From Myxococcota bacterium (GTDB lineage: Bacteria; Myxococcota_A; Polyangia; Nannocystales; Nannocystaceae), in assembly GCA_039028615.1 (NCBI GenBank), contig JBCCHT010000056.1:14526-78525 (forward strand): a DNA stretch of 64,000 bases, in the 5' to 3' direction. This document shows positions 27,951-36,578 of the stretch, piece by piece. The position numbers and the translations under genes are program-made. Numbering within the stretch: position 1 is the first letter of the stretch; every line of letters begins with the position of its first letter. The notes beneath the pieces were generated by a model, which saw nothing but the letters and a program-made list of their open reading frames with translations, was not told where the DNA came from and searched no databases.

Positions 27951-29333
27951 ATGAAGAACTCCCCGTGGATCTTGGTGGCGAGCATGCTCGTAGGCTGCTC
28001 GAGCAATACCGTGACCCTGGACGGCGACGACACGGCCACCCAAGGCCCCGTCGGCGATACCGAGCTTCCGCAGACCGATGGTGGCCCGACCCCGCCGCAC
28101 GGCGAGTGCTCGGACCAAAACGACTGCGGCGGAGATTGCCAGTACTGTGACGAGGGCGCGTGCGTCGAAGACCCCGGGTGCTGCTGGGCTCAGCCGGGCG
28201 AGGACCCCTGGGTCTTTCGCTGCTCGCCGCCCGTCGACTGCTGGGACGATACGGAGTGCGGCAGCGGCGAGGAGTGCATCAACAACGAGTGCATGCCCGA
28301 GCAAGGGCCGATGGTCTACGAGCCGCCCATCTGCGACGAGGACCTCGTGCTGACGGTCGACCAGCTCGGCCTCGGCGACGTGGTGGAGCAGATCGCCGCG
28401 CCCTCCCCCGGCTTGCTGCTCGCGGTCGACAGCTTCATGCACATCCGGCAGGTCGATCTCGATACCGGCGCGCTCGGCTCCTCCATCGTCCAACTCTCGG
28501 GCGACGCGGTGTTCGAGCTCGTCGCGGGTGGGCCCTCGCGCGTGGTCGCGGTCGTGCACGAGACGCTGAAGGACGGGAGCCAGGGTCATCACACGCTGGT
28601 CGCCCACCGGGAGGACGCTGAAGCGTGGGCCGTCGATCAGTCGCCGTCCTACGAGACCCCGGCCCTGGGGGTGACGCGACGGCCGGAGCCCAACGAGGTG
28701 TACATCGCGTCCACCGACGAAATCCTGCGCACGGAGATCGGGCCGCCCTTGGCGGGGCTCAACGCGCTGCCGCTGACGACTCCGGTCGGCCGCATCCAGA
28801 GCGTCGCCGCCGGCAATGGTGAGCACTACCTGGGCGTGGACGCCCTGTTCGGCATCGAGATGCTCGAGCCGGTCGACGGTGAGATCCTGGGGAGCACCGC
28901 GAGCTACGACGGCATCATGGTCGATCTGGCCGCCGTCGACGGACCGGGCACGGGAGAGGGTGAGCGCCTCGTGGTGCTGACCCACCTGCCCCCCGAGGAC
29001 GCCGAGCTCGAGCCCGACATCACCGCGGTGCAGGTCATGGGCCTCGACATTGGTTTTGCGCCGTCGACTCCCTTTGGCACGGATGGTGTCCCTCTCGACG
29101 CCGAGGCGGCCGACATGGATGGCGACGGCATCGAGGACATCGTGGTGGCGATGCAGGGCGGCCGCCTCGACGTGTACCTGATGGACGACGAGGGCCCCCG
29201 CTGCCGCGCGTTCCTGCCCCTTGGTGGGATAAGCGACGTCGAGGTAGGTGACCTCGATGACGACGGGACCGACGAGGTGCTGATCGTCGACTCGGACTCC
29301 ACGTTGTCGATCGTGGCCGGCTCGGCCGGCTGA
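27951..29333 (+). CDS. Lipoprotein with Cys-rich repeats and FG-GAP/VCBS-like beta-propeller
   Basis: Lipobox LVG-C, C..D.DC...C..G.C repeats, DMDGDGIEDIVV and DLDDDGTDEVLI calcium loops. Confidence 0.75.
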   Translation: MKNSPWILVASMLVGCSSNTVTLDGDDTATQGPVGDTELPQTDGGPTPPHGECSDQNDCGGDCQYCDEGACVEDPGCCWAQPGEDPWVFRCSPPVDCWDDTECGSGEECINNECMPEQGPMVYEPPICDEDLVLTVDQLGLGDVVEQIAAPSPGLLLAVDSFMHIRQVDLDTGALGSSIVQLSGDAVFELVAGGPSRVVAVVHETLKDGSQGHHTLVAHREDAEAWAVDQSPSYETPALGVTRRPEPNEVYIASTDEILRTEIGPPLAGLNALPLTTPVGRIQSVAAGNGEHYLGVDALFGIEMLEPVDGEILGSTASYDGIMVDLAAVDGPGTGEGERLVVLTHLPPEDAELEPDITAVQVMGLDIGFAPSTPFGTDGVPLDAEAADMDGDGIEDIVVAMQGGRLDVYLMDDEGPRCRAFLPLGGISDVEVGDLDDDGTDEVLIVDSDSTLSIVAGSAG

Positions 29334-29387
29334 GTCTTTGCGGATCCCAACGGGCACGCGCGGTCACACTGACGTATCCTCAACAGC

Positions 29388-29702
29388 ATGGCCCCCAAAG
29401 ACGAGGATCGAGCCGCCATCTTGGCTCGACGCCAGCGCTTCGTCACCGCCGCGCTCGCGGGCATCACCACCAGTACGCTCGCCACCGCGTGCCCGTGCCT
29501 GGATGTCGAGCCGCCTCCCGATGAGACCGACTCCGAGACCGACGACGAGACCGACCACGCCACCGCCGCCGAACACGACGGTACGGCGGGCTCGAGCGGG
29601 AGCAGCGGATCGGGCGGCAACGCCAGCTCGGGCAGCAGCTCGGGTGGCGGCGCCACCGGCCCGGCCACGACGGACGGCAGCGGCACCGCGAGCGAAGGCT
29701 GA
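29388..29702 (+). CDS. Small exported protein/lipoprotein with ACPCL motif and Ser/Gly tail
   Basis: ILARRQRFVTAALAG leader, LATA-CPCL, then acidic and Ser/Gly/Thr low-complexity sequence; TATCCT 7 nt upstream. Confidence 0.7.
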   Translation: MAPKDEDRAAILARRQRFVTAALAGITTSTLATACPCLDVEPPPDETDSETDDETDHATAAEHDGTAGSSGSSGSGGNASSGSSSGGGATGPATTDGSGTASEG

Positions 29703-29738
29703 CCGCCGGCCGCATTCTCACGACTCGACTCCCTCCGC

Positions 29739-32417
29739 GTGAGCGACGACCGAGACTCTCCGACCCGTACCCTCACCCGCTCGCACGAGGGGGTCATGGG
29801 CCAGCGAACGGACAGCGACCCGCCTCGGCGGCCCGCGCCCTTCGGAGAGTCACAGCTGCCGCCCGCCATCGATCGTTTCGTCGTGCTCGAGGAGCTCGGC
29901 GCGGGCGGGATGGGGCGCGTCTATCTCGGCAAGGACCACGTGCTGGGCCGCGAGGTCGCGCTGAAGATCCTCGACCCCAACAACGAAGGGATGCACGACG
30001 AGGCCACGCTGTGGAACGAGGCCCAGGCGATGGCCCAGCTGTCGCATCCCAACGTCGTGCCCGTGTTCAACGTGGGCAAGAGCGAGGGCCGGGTCTACAT
30101 CGCGATGGAACGGATCGCGGGGGTCTCGCTTCGCCAGTGGCTCTCCGAGCACCATGGGCCGCTGCGGACCATCCTGTCGATGCTCATGCAGGCCGGCGAA
30201 GGCCTGGTGGCGATGCACGAGGTCGGGCTGATCCACGGCGACTTCAAGCCCTCGAACGTGATGGTGGAGCCCAGCGGTCGGGCGCGCGTCGTCGACCTCG
30301 GGCTCGCCGGCCCCGTGGGCTCGGGCTCGCCGGATTCGGATCCTTCGAATCCCTCGGGTGACTCCTCCCGCGAGGTCCTCCGAGGCACACCGCGCTTCAT
30401 GGCGCCCGAACACCTCACCACGGGTGTGAGTTCGACGGCCAGCGACCAGTACTCGTTCTGCGTCGCGCTCTACCTCGCGCTGCACGGCCGCTACCCCTCC
30501 TCGACCGACCGCAAGGGCCGGGGCCCGAAGCCCAGCCGCGTCGCTGCCCCCAGGCCCACGCGGAACCTCGTCGTCCCGCCCCGCATCGAGCGAGCGATCG
30601 CCCGTGGCCTATCCGCGGCCCCGGCCGATCGCTGGCCCTCGATGCGGAGCCTGCTCGACGAGCTCCAGACCGCCCTTCGACAGCGCCGCCGACGTCGATC
30701 CTGGATCACCTGGGGCGCGGTAGGGGCCGTGGTGGCGCTCGGGTGGGTCGGCATCGCCACCCAGGGCCGCGCCGACCCCTGTCTCCAAGGGCCGTCGCCG
30801 CTCCGCGGGGCCTGGGACGAGACCCAGCGCCCCCGCGTCCGCGACGCCCTGCGAGCACCCCAATCCGGCTCGGCCCAGGACATCCTCGCCCAGCTCGATC
30901 GCTACTCCGACGCTTGGCTCGTCGCCCGGGTCGCGGCCTGTCGAGCCGCCGAGGCGGCCCCCGCCGACGACACGGACGCCACCGCCGACCTGGTGATGCG
31001 TTGCCTCGACGAGCGTCGCAGCCAGCTCAGCGCCTACGTCCAGGTCCTGGCCACCTCCGAGGACCTGCCTCCGACCAAGGCCGTCGAGTTGCTCGACCGA
31101 CTCGAGCCCATCGAGTCCTGCCGTGACGACTCCTCCAACCTGCGCGCCGCGTCGGCGCCGATCGACCCCGAGCTCGCGGCCACCGTCGAGAGCCACCGCG
31201 AGACGGTGCAGCGCATCGGAGCCATGTCCACCCTGGGCAAGCATGCCGAAGCCCAGCGGGTCGCCGACGATCTGCTGGTCGAGGCTCGCGCCCTCGACTT
31301 CAGCCCGCTGGTGGCGGAGGTCCTCATCGCGCGCGGCCACGTTCAGCGGTGGCTCGGTCACTTCGTGGCTTCGCGCCAGGACCTCGAAGACGCCTACTTC
31401 CTCGCCAAGTCCGACGGGAACCATGCGTTGATGTCCAGGGCCGCCAACGAGCTGATGCTGGTCGTGGGTGTGTACCAAGGCGACTACGACGCAGCCGAAG
31501 ACTGGAAGCGCCACGCTCACGCCGCGCTGGCCTACTTGCAGTCGCCCGAGGCCGAGGCGCGCTACTACGAGATGGCCGGCGGGCTCTTCGAGCAACAGGG
31601 CCGACTCGATGAAGCCATGGAGGCCCACACCAAGGCGCTCGAGATCATCGAAGAACACTTCGGCCCGACCCGCTCCCGACTCGCCTCCGCCCTGTTCAAC
31701 GCCGGGTTGGTGTTGCTCGGCGCCAAGCGCTACGAGGAAGCGGAGCAGCATTTTACGCGGTGCATCGAGATCGCCGAGCGAACCTTGGGGGCCACCAGCA
31801 CCCGCGTCGCCACGTGCAGCGGCGCCCGGGGAGATTCGCTGCTGGACCACGGCAAGCTCGACGCAGCCGAGGTCGACCTGCTGCGCGCGTCCGAGCTGTT
31901 CGACCAGAACCTGGGCGTCGACAACTTCTATTCGCCCTTCACCCTCGACTCGTTGGGGCAGCTGTACCACCAGCGGGGCGACCTGGACGCGGCCAAGGCC
32001 TCCTTCGATCGAGCCCTCACCGCCTGGGAGCACCAGCCCGAGCCCGACCCGCGACAGATGGCCTACGTGCTCACCAACCGCGGCGAGATGTTCCTGACCC
32101 GAGGAGACCTCACCTCCGCCGAGGCAGACTTCGACCGGGCGTGGACCATGGTTCGGGACCTCACCGGGGAGTGGAGCGTCGAGCAGATCGAAGTGTTGGA
32201 GTCCCGGGCGATGCTCGCCGTCGCGCGGGAGGATCACGCCGCGGTGGAGCAGCTGATCGACGACGCGCGACAGCGGATCGCGGGGCGCAGCGAGTGGCAG
32301 CGGCGATGGACCAAGATGGTCGGCGCGGTGGCCCGCGAGTACGGCAAACGCGGCGATGAGCTGCGCGCGGCGGAGTACCGCGGCCGCATCGAGCCGGCCC
32401 CGTCCACGGAGAAGTAG
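29739..32417 (+). CDS. Membrane Ser/Thr protein kinase with C-terminal TPR repeats
   Basis: LGAGGMGRVY, VALK, HPNVV, HGDFKPSN, DLG, GTPRFMAPE, TM helix, CL..RR helical region, TPRs. Confidence 0.9.
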   Translation: MSDDRDSPTRTLTRSHEGVMGQRTDSDPPRRPAPFGESQLPPAIDRFVVLEELGAGGMGRVYLGKDHVLGREVALKILDPNNEGMHDEATLWNEAQAMAQLSHPNVVPVFNVGKSEGRVYIAMERIAGVSLRQWLSEHHGPLRTILSMLMQAGEGLVAMHEVGLIHGDFKPSNVMVEPSGRARVVDLGLAGPVGSGSPDSDPSNPSGDSSREVLRGTPRFMAPEHLTTGVSSTASDQYSFCVALYLALHGRYPSSTDRKGRGPKPSRVAAPRPTRNLVVPPRIERAIARGLSAAPADRWPSMRSLLDELQTALRQRRRRRSWITWGAVGAVVALGWVGIATQGRADPCLQGPSPLRGAWDETQRPRVRDALRAPQSGSAQDILAQLDRYSDAWLVARVAACRAAEAAPADDTDATADLVMRCLDERRSQLSAYVQVLATSEDLPPTKAVELLDRLEPIESCRDDSSNLRAASAPIDPELAATVESHRETVQRIGAMSTLGKHAEAQRVADDLLVEARALDFSPLVAEVLIARGHVQRWLGHFVASRQDLEDAYFLAKSDGNHALMSRAANELMLVVGVYQGDYDAAEDWKRHAHAALAYLQSPEAEARYYEMAGGLFEQQGRLDEAMEAHTKALEIIEEHFGPTRSRLASALFNAGLVLLGAKRYEEAEQHFTRCIEIAERTLGATSTRVATCSGARGDSLLDHGKLDAAEVDLLRASELFDQNLGVDNFYSPFTLDSLGQLYHQRGDLDAAKASFDRALTAWEHQPEPDPRQMAYVLTNRGEMFLTRGDLTSAEADFDRAWTMVRDLTGEWSVEQIEVLESRAMLAVAREDHAAVEQLIDDARQRIAGRSEWQRRWTKMVGAVAREYGKRGDELRAAEYRGRIEPAPSTEK

Positions 32418-32422
32418 CGACC

Positions 32423-33616
32423 ATGGAGGTCTCCCAGGCAGCCGACCGGCTCATGAATGCGTCGGCGGCCTTCGACGAGGGCCGCCAGGCCGTGGTCGAG
32501 CGACGAACCGCTGCGGACTCGGGTTGGCTGGCTGCGCTGGCGGACGAACTCGAACGACGCGAAGCCTCGCCGGTCGCCCGCAATGCGGTGCTGGTCTCGC
32601 TAGCGTCGTGCCCAGGACGGGACATGGTTCGGCTGGTCCTCGAGCGCTGGCCCACGACCTCCGCCCCGCACATCGAAGAAGACCCGTCGCTGCCCCTCGC
32701 GTCGGCGCGGACACTCGCCGCCGTGCTCGCCCAGACCCAAAAGCCGCCCACGCTCGAGGCCGAGGCCCCGCGCCTGCTGATGGGCACGGCCTTCGAGCGG
32801 GACCTCGCCGCGTGTTGGGTGCAGGAGGCCGTCCTCCGCGGCCAGCCCGTCGGCACTCCGCCGTTGCGTCGCGGCTGGTCGATGCTCGAAGGCCACCTGC
32901 TGCATGCCCTCCCGCTGGTGCTGGAATCGCTGGAGGCTCGCCTACCCGGGTTCGCGCCCAAGACCGATGGCTTCCATCGCTCGGGCGCAGGCGGGCTGGC
33001 CATGGTGACCACGGCCCCCGTTGCGGGACGCACGCGGGTCATGCCTGCTGAAGACATCACCACGCCCACGCGCGCGAGCCAGATCGCCTCGGTCGGCGCT
33101 CACGCTCGGGCATTCCACGGCGCGCGAATCGAAGCCCGCGTCGTCGAGCTCGCCGACCCTCTCCAGCCGGACTCGCTCGACGCGGACCTCGTGCGTGGCC
33201 TTCGACTCGCGTGCACGGGCCCGCTGCGCCTGGACGACGCCATGGCCCGCCCTCTGACCCCGGCCGCGGCCGGACGACGCCATCGCAGCAAGGCCCAGGT
33301 CGCGGTGGTCCGCCGCGAGCCCGCCATCGTCTTCGAAACGCTCATGAACCTCGCGACGCACGGCGGGCACACCAACCTGGTATGGAGTGCCGCGTGCGGC
33401 CGCCTGCTCGCTCGGCGCTCTCTGTCCGGGCTGGTCGGGCTCGGACAGACCCACGCGTGGTCCGAGGTCGTCGAGGCTGCCCAGCGCTGCGTTCTGTGGC
33501 AGGCGCGCATCGACAGCGGCTGGTTTTTCGGCGTGGGCGCCGACGACCTGCTGCTGCTCGTGCTGGGCGAAGACCGCCGCACGCTGTCCGTGCTCGGCTA
33601 CACCGACACGGACTGA
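32423..33616 (+). CDS. DUF6183-like protein
   Basis: C-terminal pattern A..GG......A.GRL.A.RSL.GLVG...WF.....D......DRRTLSVLGYTDTD, recalled for this family. Confidence 0.6.
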   Translation: MEVSQAADRLMNASAAFDEGRQAVVERRTAADSGWLAALADELERREASPVARNAVLVSLASCPGRDMVRLVLERWPTTSAPHIEEDPSLPLASARTLAAVLAQTQKPPTLEAEAPRLLMGTAFERDLAACWVQEAVLRGQPVGTPPLRRGWSMLEGHLLHALPLVLESLEARLPGFAPKTDGFHRSGAGGLAMVTTAPVAGRTRVMPAEDITTPTRASQIASVGAHARAFHGARIEARVVELADPLQPDSLDADLVRGLRLACTGPLRLDDAMARPLTPAAAGRRHRSKAQVAVVRREPAIVFETLMNLATHGGHTNLVWSAACGRLLARRSLSGLVGLGQTHAWSEVVEAAQRCVLWQARIDSGWFFGVGADDLLLLVLGEDRRTLSVLGYTDTD

Positions 33617-33626
33617 CGCGCTCCGC

Positions 33627-35309
33627 TCACTCGGCGGCGAGCATCGTAGTGACGGCCTCGAGGCACTCGTCGATCGGCACGAAGGTGGTCTCCCCCGAGC
33701 GACGCTGCTTGACCTCGATCTTGCCGTCCTTGAGGCCGCGCTTGCCGATGGTCAGCCGCACGGGCATGCCGAGCAGGTCGGCGTCCTTGAGCTTGACCCC
33801 CGGACGCTCCTTGCGGTCGTCGAGCAGGACCTCGACCCCCCGCTCGCGGAGATGCTCGTAGAACTTCTCCGCCACCGCGGCCGGCTCGTCGCCGCCCATC
33901 GGCGTGATCATGACCGAGTAGGGCGCGACCTCGTTGGGCCACACCAGCCCGTCGTCGTCGTGCAGCTGCTCGATCACCGCGGCGATGAGACGCGAGACAC
34001 CGATGCCGTAGCACCCCATCACGATGGGCTTGGACTTGCCGTCGGCGTCGAGGAACTCGGCCTTCATCGCGGTGGAGTAGTGCGTGCCGAGCATGAAGAT
34101 GTGGCCGGCCTCGATACCGCGGTAGAGCTTGAGGCCCGTGCCGCACTTGGGGCACGGGTCGCCCTCGGCCACCAGGCGGATGTCGGCGACCTCGCCCTCG
34201 AAATCACGCCCGTGGCGGACGTGCTGCAGATGGTGGTCCTCTTCGTTGGCCCCGGTGATGCCGTCGGCGACCGCGGCCGCGGCCGGATCGACCACGATCG
34301 GGCCTTCCCAGCCCACGGGGCCGAGGAAGCCGGCGTGCTCGGGCTCGGCCACCCAGTGCACCTCGTCGGCATCGACGGCCCGGGCGAGCTTGATCTCGTT
34401 GACCTCGTGGTCGCCCCGCACCACGGCCAGCACCTTCTGCTCGCCCGCGGTGTAGACGACCGACTTGAGGAACTGGGCGGGGTCGGTGCCCTCGAAGAAG
34501 CCCACGAGCTGCTCGATGGTCTTGGCACCCGGCGTGTGCACCTTGCTCCGCTCCGCGAGCTTATCGGACGCGGCGGCGGGCTCCTCGACGGGCGTGGTGG
34601 TGGCGACCTCGACGTTGGCCGCGTAGTCGCACGACGGGCAGGCCGCGATGGCATCCTCGCCGCTCTGCGCCAGCACCTGGAACTCGGCGCTGCCGCTGCC
34701 GCCCATGGTGCCGTTGTCGGCGGCCACGATTCGATACTCGAGGCCGAGCCGCTTGAAGATGCGGTGGTAGGCGGCCTCCATCGTGTCGTAGCTCTCCCGC
34801 GCGGCCTCCTTGGACACGTCGAAGGAGTACGCGTCCTTCATGAGGAACTCGCGGCCGCGCAGCAGACCGGCGCGGGGTCGCGGCTCGTCGCGATACTTCA
34901 TCTGAATCTGGTACAGATTCACGGGCAGCTGGCGATAGCTGCGAATCTCTCGGCGCACGAGGTCGGTGATGAGCTCCTCGTGGGTGGGCGCCAGGTGGTA
35001 CTCGCCCGACTTGCGGTCGTTGAAACGGAACAGCGTGGGGCCGAACTTGTCCCAGCGCCCCGTCTCCTTGAAGTACTCCGACGGCAGCATCGCGGGCATC
35101 AGCAGCTCTTGGGCGCCGGACCGGTTCATCTCCTCACGGATGATGTTGGCGATGCGTTGCAGTACGCGGACCCCGAGCGGCAGGAATTCGTAGATCCCGG
35201 CGCCGACCATGCGGATGTATCCCGCGCGCAGAAGCAGCGCGTGAGAGACGGTCGTGGCCTCTTTGGGGGTCTCTCGCAGAGTGGGCAAGAAAGCTTGCGA
35301 GTAGCGCAT
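33627..35309 (-). CDS. proS: Proline--tRNA ligase (bacterial type with editing domain)
   Basis: MRYSQAFLPTLRETP, SHALLLRAGYIR, LAPTHEE, RDEPRPRAGLLRGREFLMKDAYSF, VRGDHEVNEIKL, MGCYGIGVSR. Confidence 0.97.
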   Translation of the reverse strand: MRYSQAFLPTLRETPKEATTVSHALLLRAGYIRMVGAGIYEFLPLGVRVLQRIANIIREEMNRSGAQELLMPAMLPSEYFKETGRWDKFGPTLFRFNDRKSGEYHLAPTHEELITDLVRREIRSYRQLPVNLYQIQMKYRDEPRPRAGLLRGREFLMKDAYSFDVSKEAARESYDTMEAAYHRIFKRLGLEYRIVAADNGTMGGSGSAEFQVLAQSGEDAIAACPSCDYAANVEVATTTPVEEPAAASDKLAERSKVHTPGAKTIEQLVGFFEGTDPAQFLKSVVYTAGEQKVLAVVRGDHEVNEIKLARAVDADEVHWVAEPEHAGFLGPVGWEGPIVVDPAAAAVADGITGANEEDHHLQHVRHGRDFEGEVADIRLVAEGDPCPKCGTGLKLYRGIEAGHIFMLGTHYSTAMKAEFLDADGKSKPIVMGCYGIGVSRLIAAVIEQLHDDDGLVWPNEVAPYSVMITPMGGDEPAAVAEKFYEHLRERGVEVLLDDRKERPGVKLKDADLLGMPVRLTIGKRGLKDGKIEVKQRRSGETTFVPIDECLEAVTTMLAAE

Positions 35310-35323
35310 GAGCGCCGGGGACC

Positions 35324-36577
35324 CTAGCAGACCTTGGGGGGCTTGGGGGTAGCGCGGCCGAAGCGGGCGACGGCCCGCTGGAGCACGGCCTCGAGCGCTC
35401 GGGCCTGGTCGTCTCGGTCGAAGCGCTCCCGGGCCAGGGTTCGGGCGGCCGCCCCCGCTGCGGTGACGCCCGCGGGCTCACGCACGAAGGCCCGCAGCTG
35501 CCGTGCCGCGGCGGCGGGCGAACGGGGGACTACGAGCCCCGCGCCGGTCTCGCGCAGCATCGCCGCCTGCCAGCCCCCGTAGTTGATCGCCACCGGGCGA
35601 CCCGCGGCCAGGCCGTCGAACAGCTTGTTGGCGCTGTTGTGAGCCATCTGCGGGACGTCGCGAAACAGTGAGGTCGTCACCGTGGCCCCGGCCAAGAGCG
35701 CGGGAACCTCACACTTGGGCACCGCCGGACGCAGCCGCACCGTGGCAGCGAGTCCCGCGCGCTCGACCCGGGCCGCGATCTCGGCCCGCTGCGCGCCTTC
35801 ACCGACGATGGCAAAGCCCACGCGCGGGTCGAGCCCGGCCATGGCGGCCGCCACGTCGACCAGCCAGCCCACGTCGTTCATCCAGCCGAGCGTGCCCGCA
35901 TACATCACGAGCGGATCGTCGGGCCCCAGGTCGGGAAAGCGGCGGGCTCGATCCGCCTGCGCCCGTGCGGGCTCGACCTCGAAGGCGGCGCAGTCACAGC
36001 CGTTGGGGATCGTGGTGATCCGCTCTCGAGGCACGCCCCACGCCGCCACGCCCTCGGCCATGCCCGGAGACAACGCCACCACTTCGGCGGCGCCCCGGTA
36101 CGCGGCCCACGCCAAGGCCCGCGCCGCGCCGCGGGACCAGGGGGAGCGCAGGGCTCCGATCGCGATCGGCAGCTCGGGCCAAAGGTCGCGCACCTCGAAC
36201 ACCATCGGTACCCGATGCCAAAGCCGCCCCCACAGGCCGGGAATCGCCACCGTGAGCGGGGTGCTCGTCGCGAACACGACATCGGGTCGGTGACGCATGA
36301 GCTCGCGGCTCGCCCACTGCCCATAGTGCGCGAAAGACTGCAAGCGCGCGCGGACGCCCATCGCGTTGTCGTAGGGCACCACCGCGCGATGCAGCTCGAT
36401 GCCTTCGAGACGCTCGCGTCGCACCGAGCCGGAGTCTCGATCGCGAATGGTGCCGAGCATGGTGACCCGATGCCCACGCGCGACCAGGCGTCGCGCCATC
36501 TCGAAGGACCGCGTGGCGCCGGCCTGCTGCGGGCCCACGAAGTGTTGATGGAGATACAGGACGTGCACGCCCGGCAC
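35324..36577 (-). CDS. Glycosyltransferase family 4 (WbuB-like)
   Basis: LYLHQHF, GATRSFE, FATSTPLT, FEVRDLWPE, YAGTLG, SANKLFDGLAAGRP. Confidence 0.9.
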   Translation of the reverse strand: MPGVHVLYLHQHFVGPQQAGATRSFEMARRLVARGHRVTMLGTIRDRDSGSVRRERLEGIELHRAVVPYDNAMGVRARLQSFAHYGQWASRELMRHRPDVVFATSTPLTVAIPGLWGRLWHRVPMVFEVRDLWPELPIAIGALRSPWSRGAARALAWAAYRGAAEVVALSPGMAEGVAAWGVPRERITTIPNGCDCAAFEVEPARAQADRARRFPDLGPDDPLVMYAGTLGWMNDVGWLVDVAAAMAGLDPRVGFAIVGEGAQRAEIAARVERAGLAATVRLRPAVPKCEVPALLAGATVTTSLFRDVPQMAHNSANKLFDGLAAGRPVAINYGGWQAAMLRETGAGLVVPRSPAAAARQLRAFVREPAGVTAAGAAARTLARERFDRDDQARALEAVLQRAVARFGRATPKPPKVC

Positions 36578-36578
36578 C

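Noticed and set aside
20231..35323. Genomic island or prophage between the two glycan blocks
   Set aside because: It contains core genes (hisS, proS) and shows no integrase, tRNA, att repeats or phage genes.
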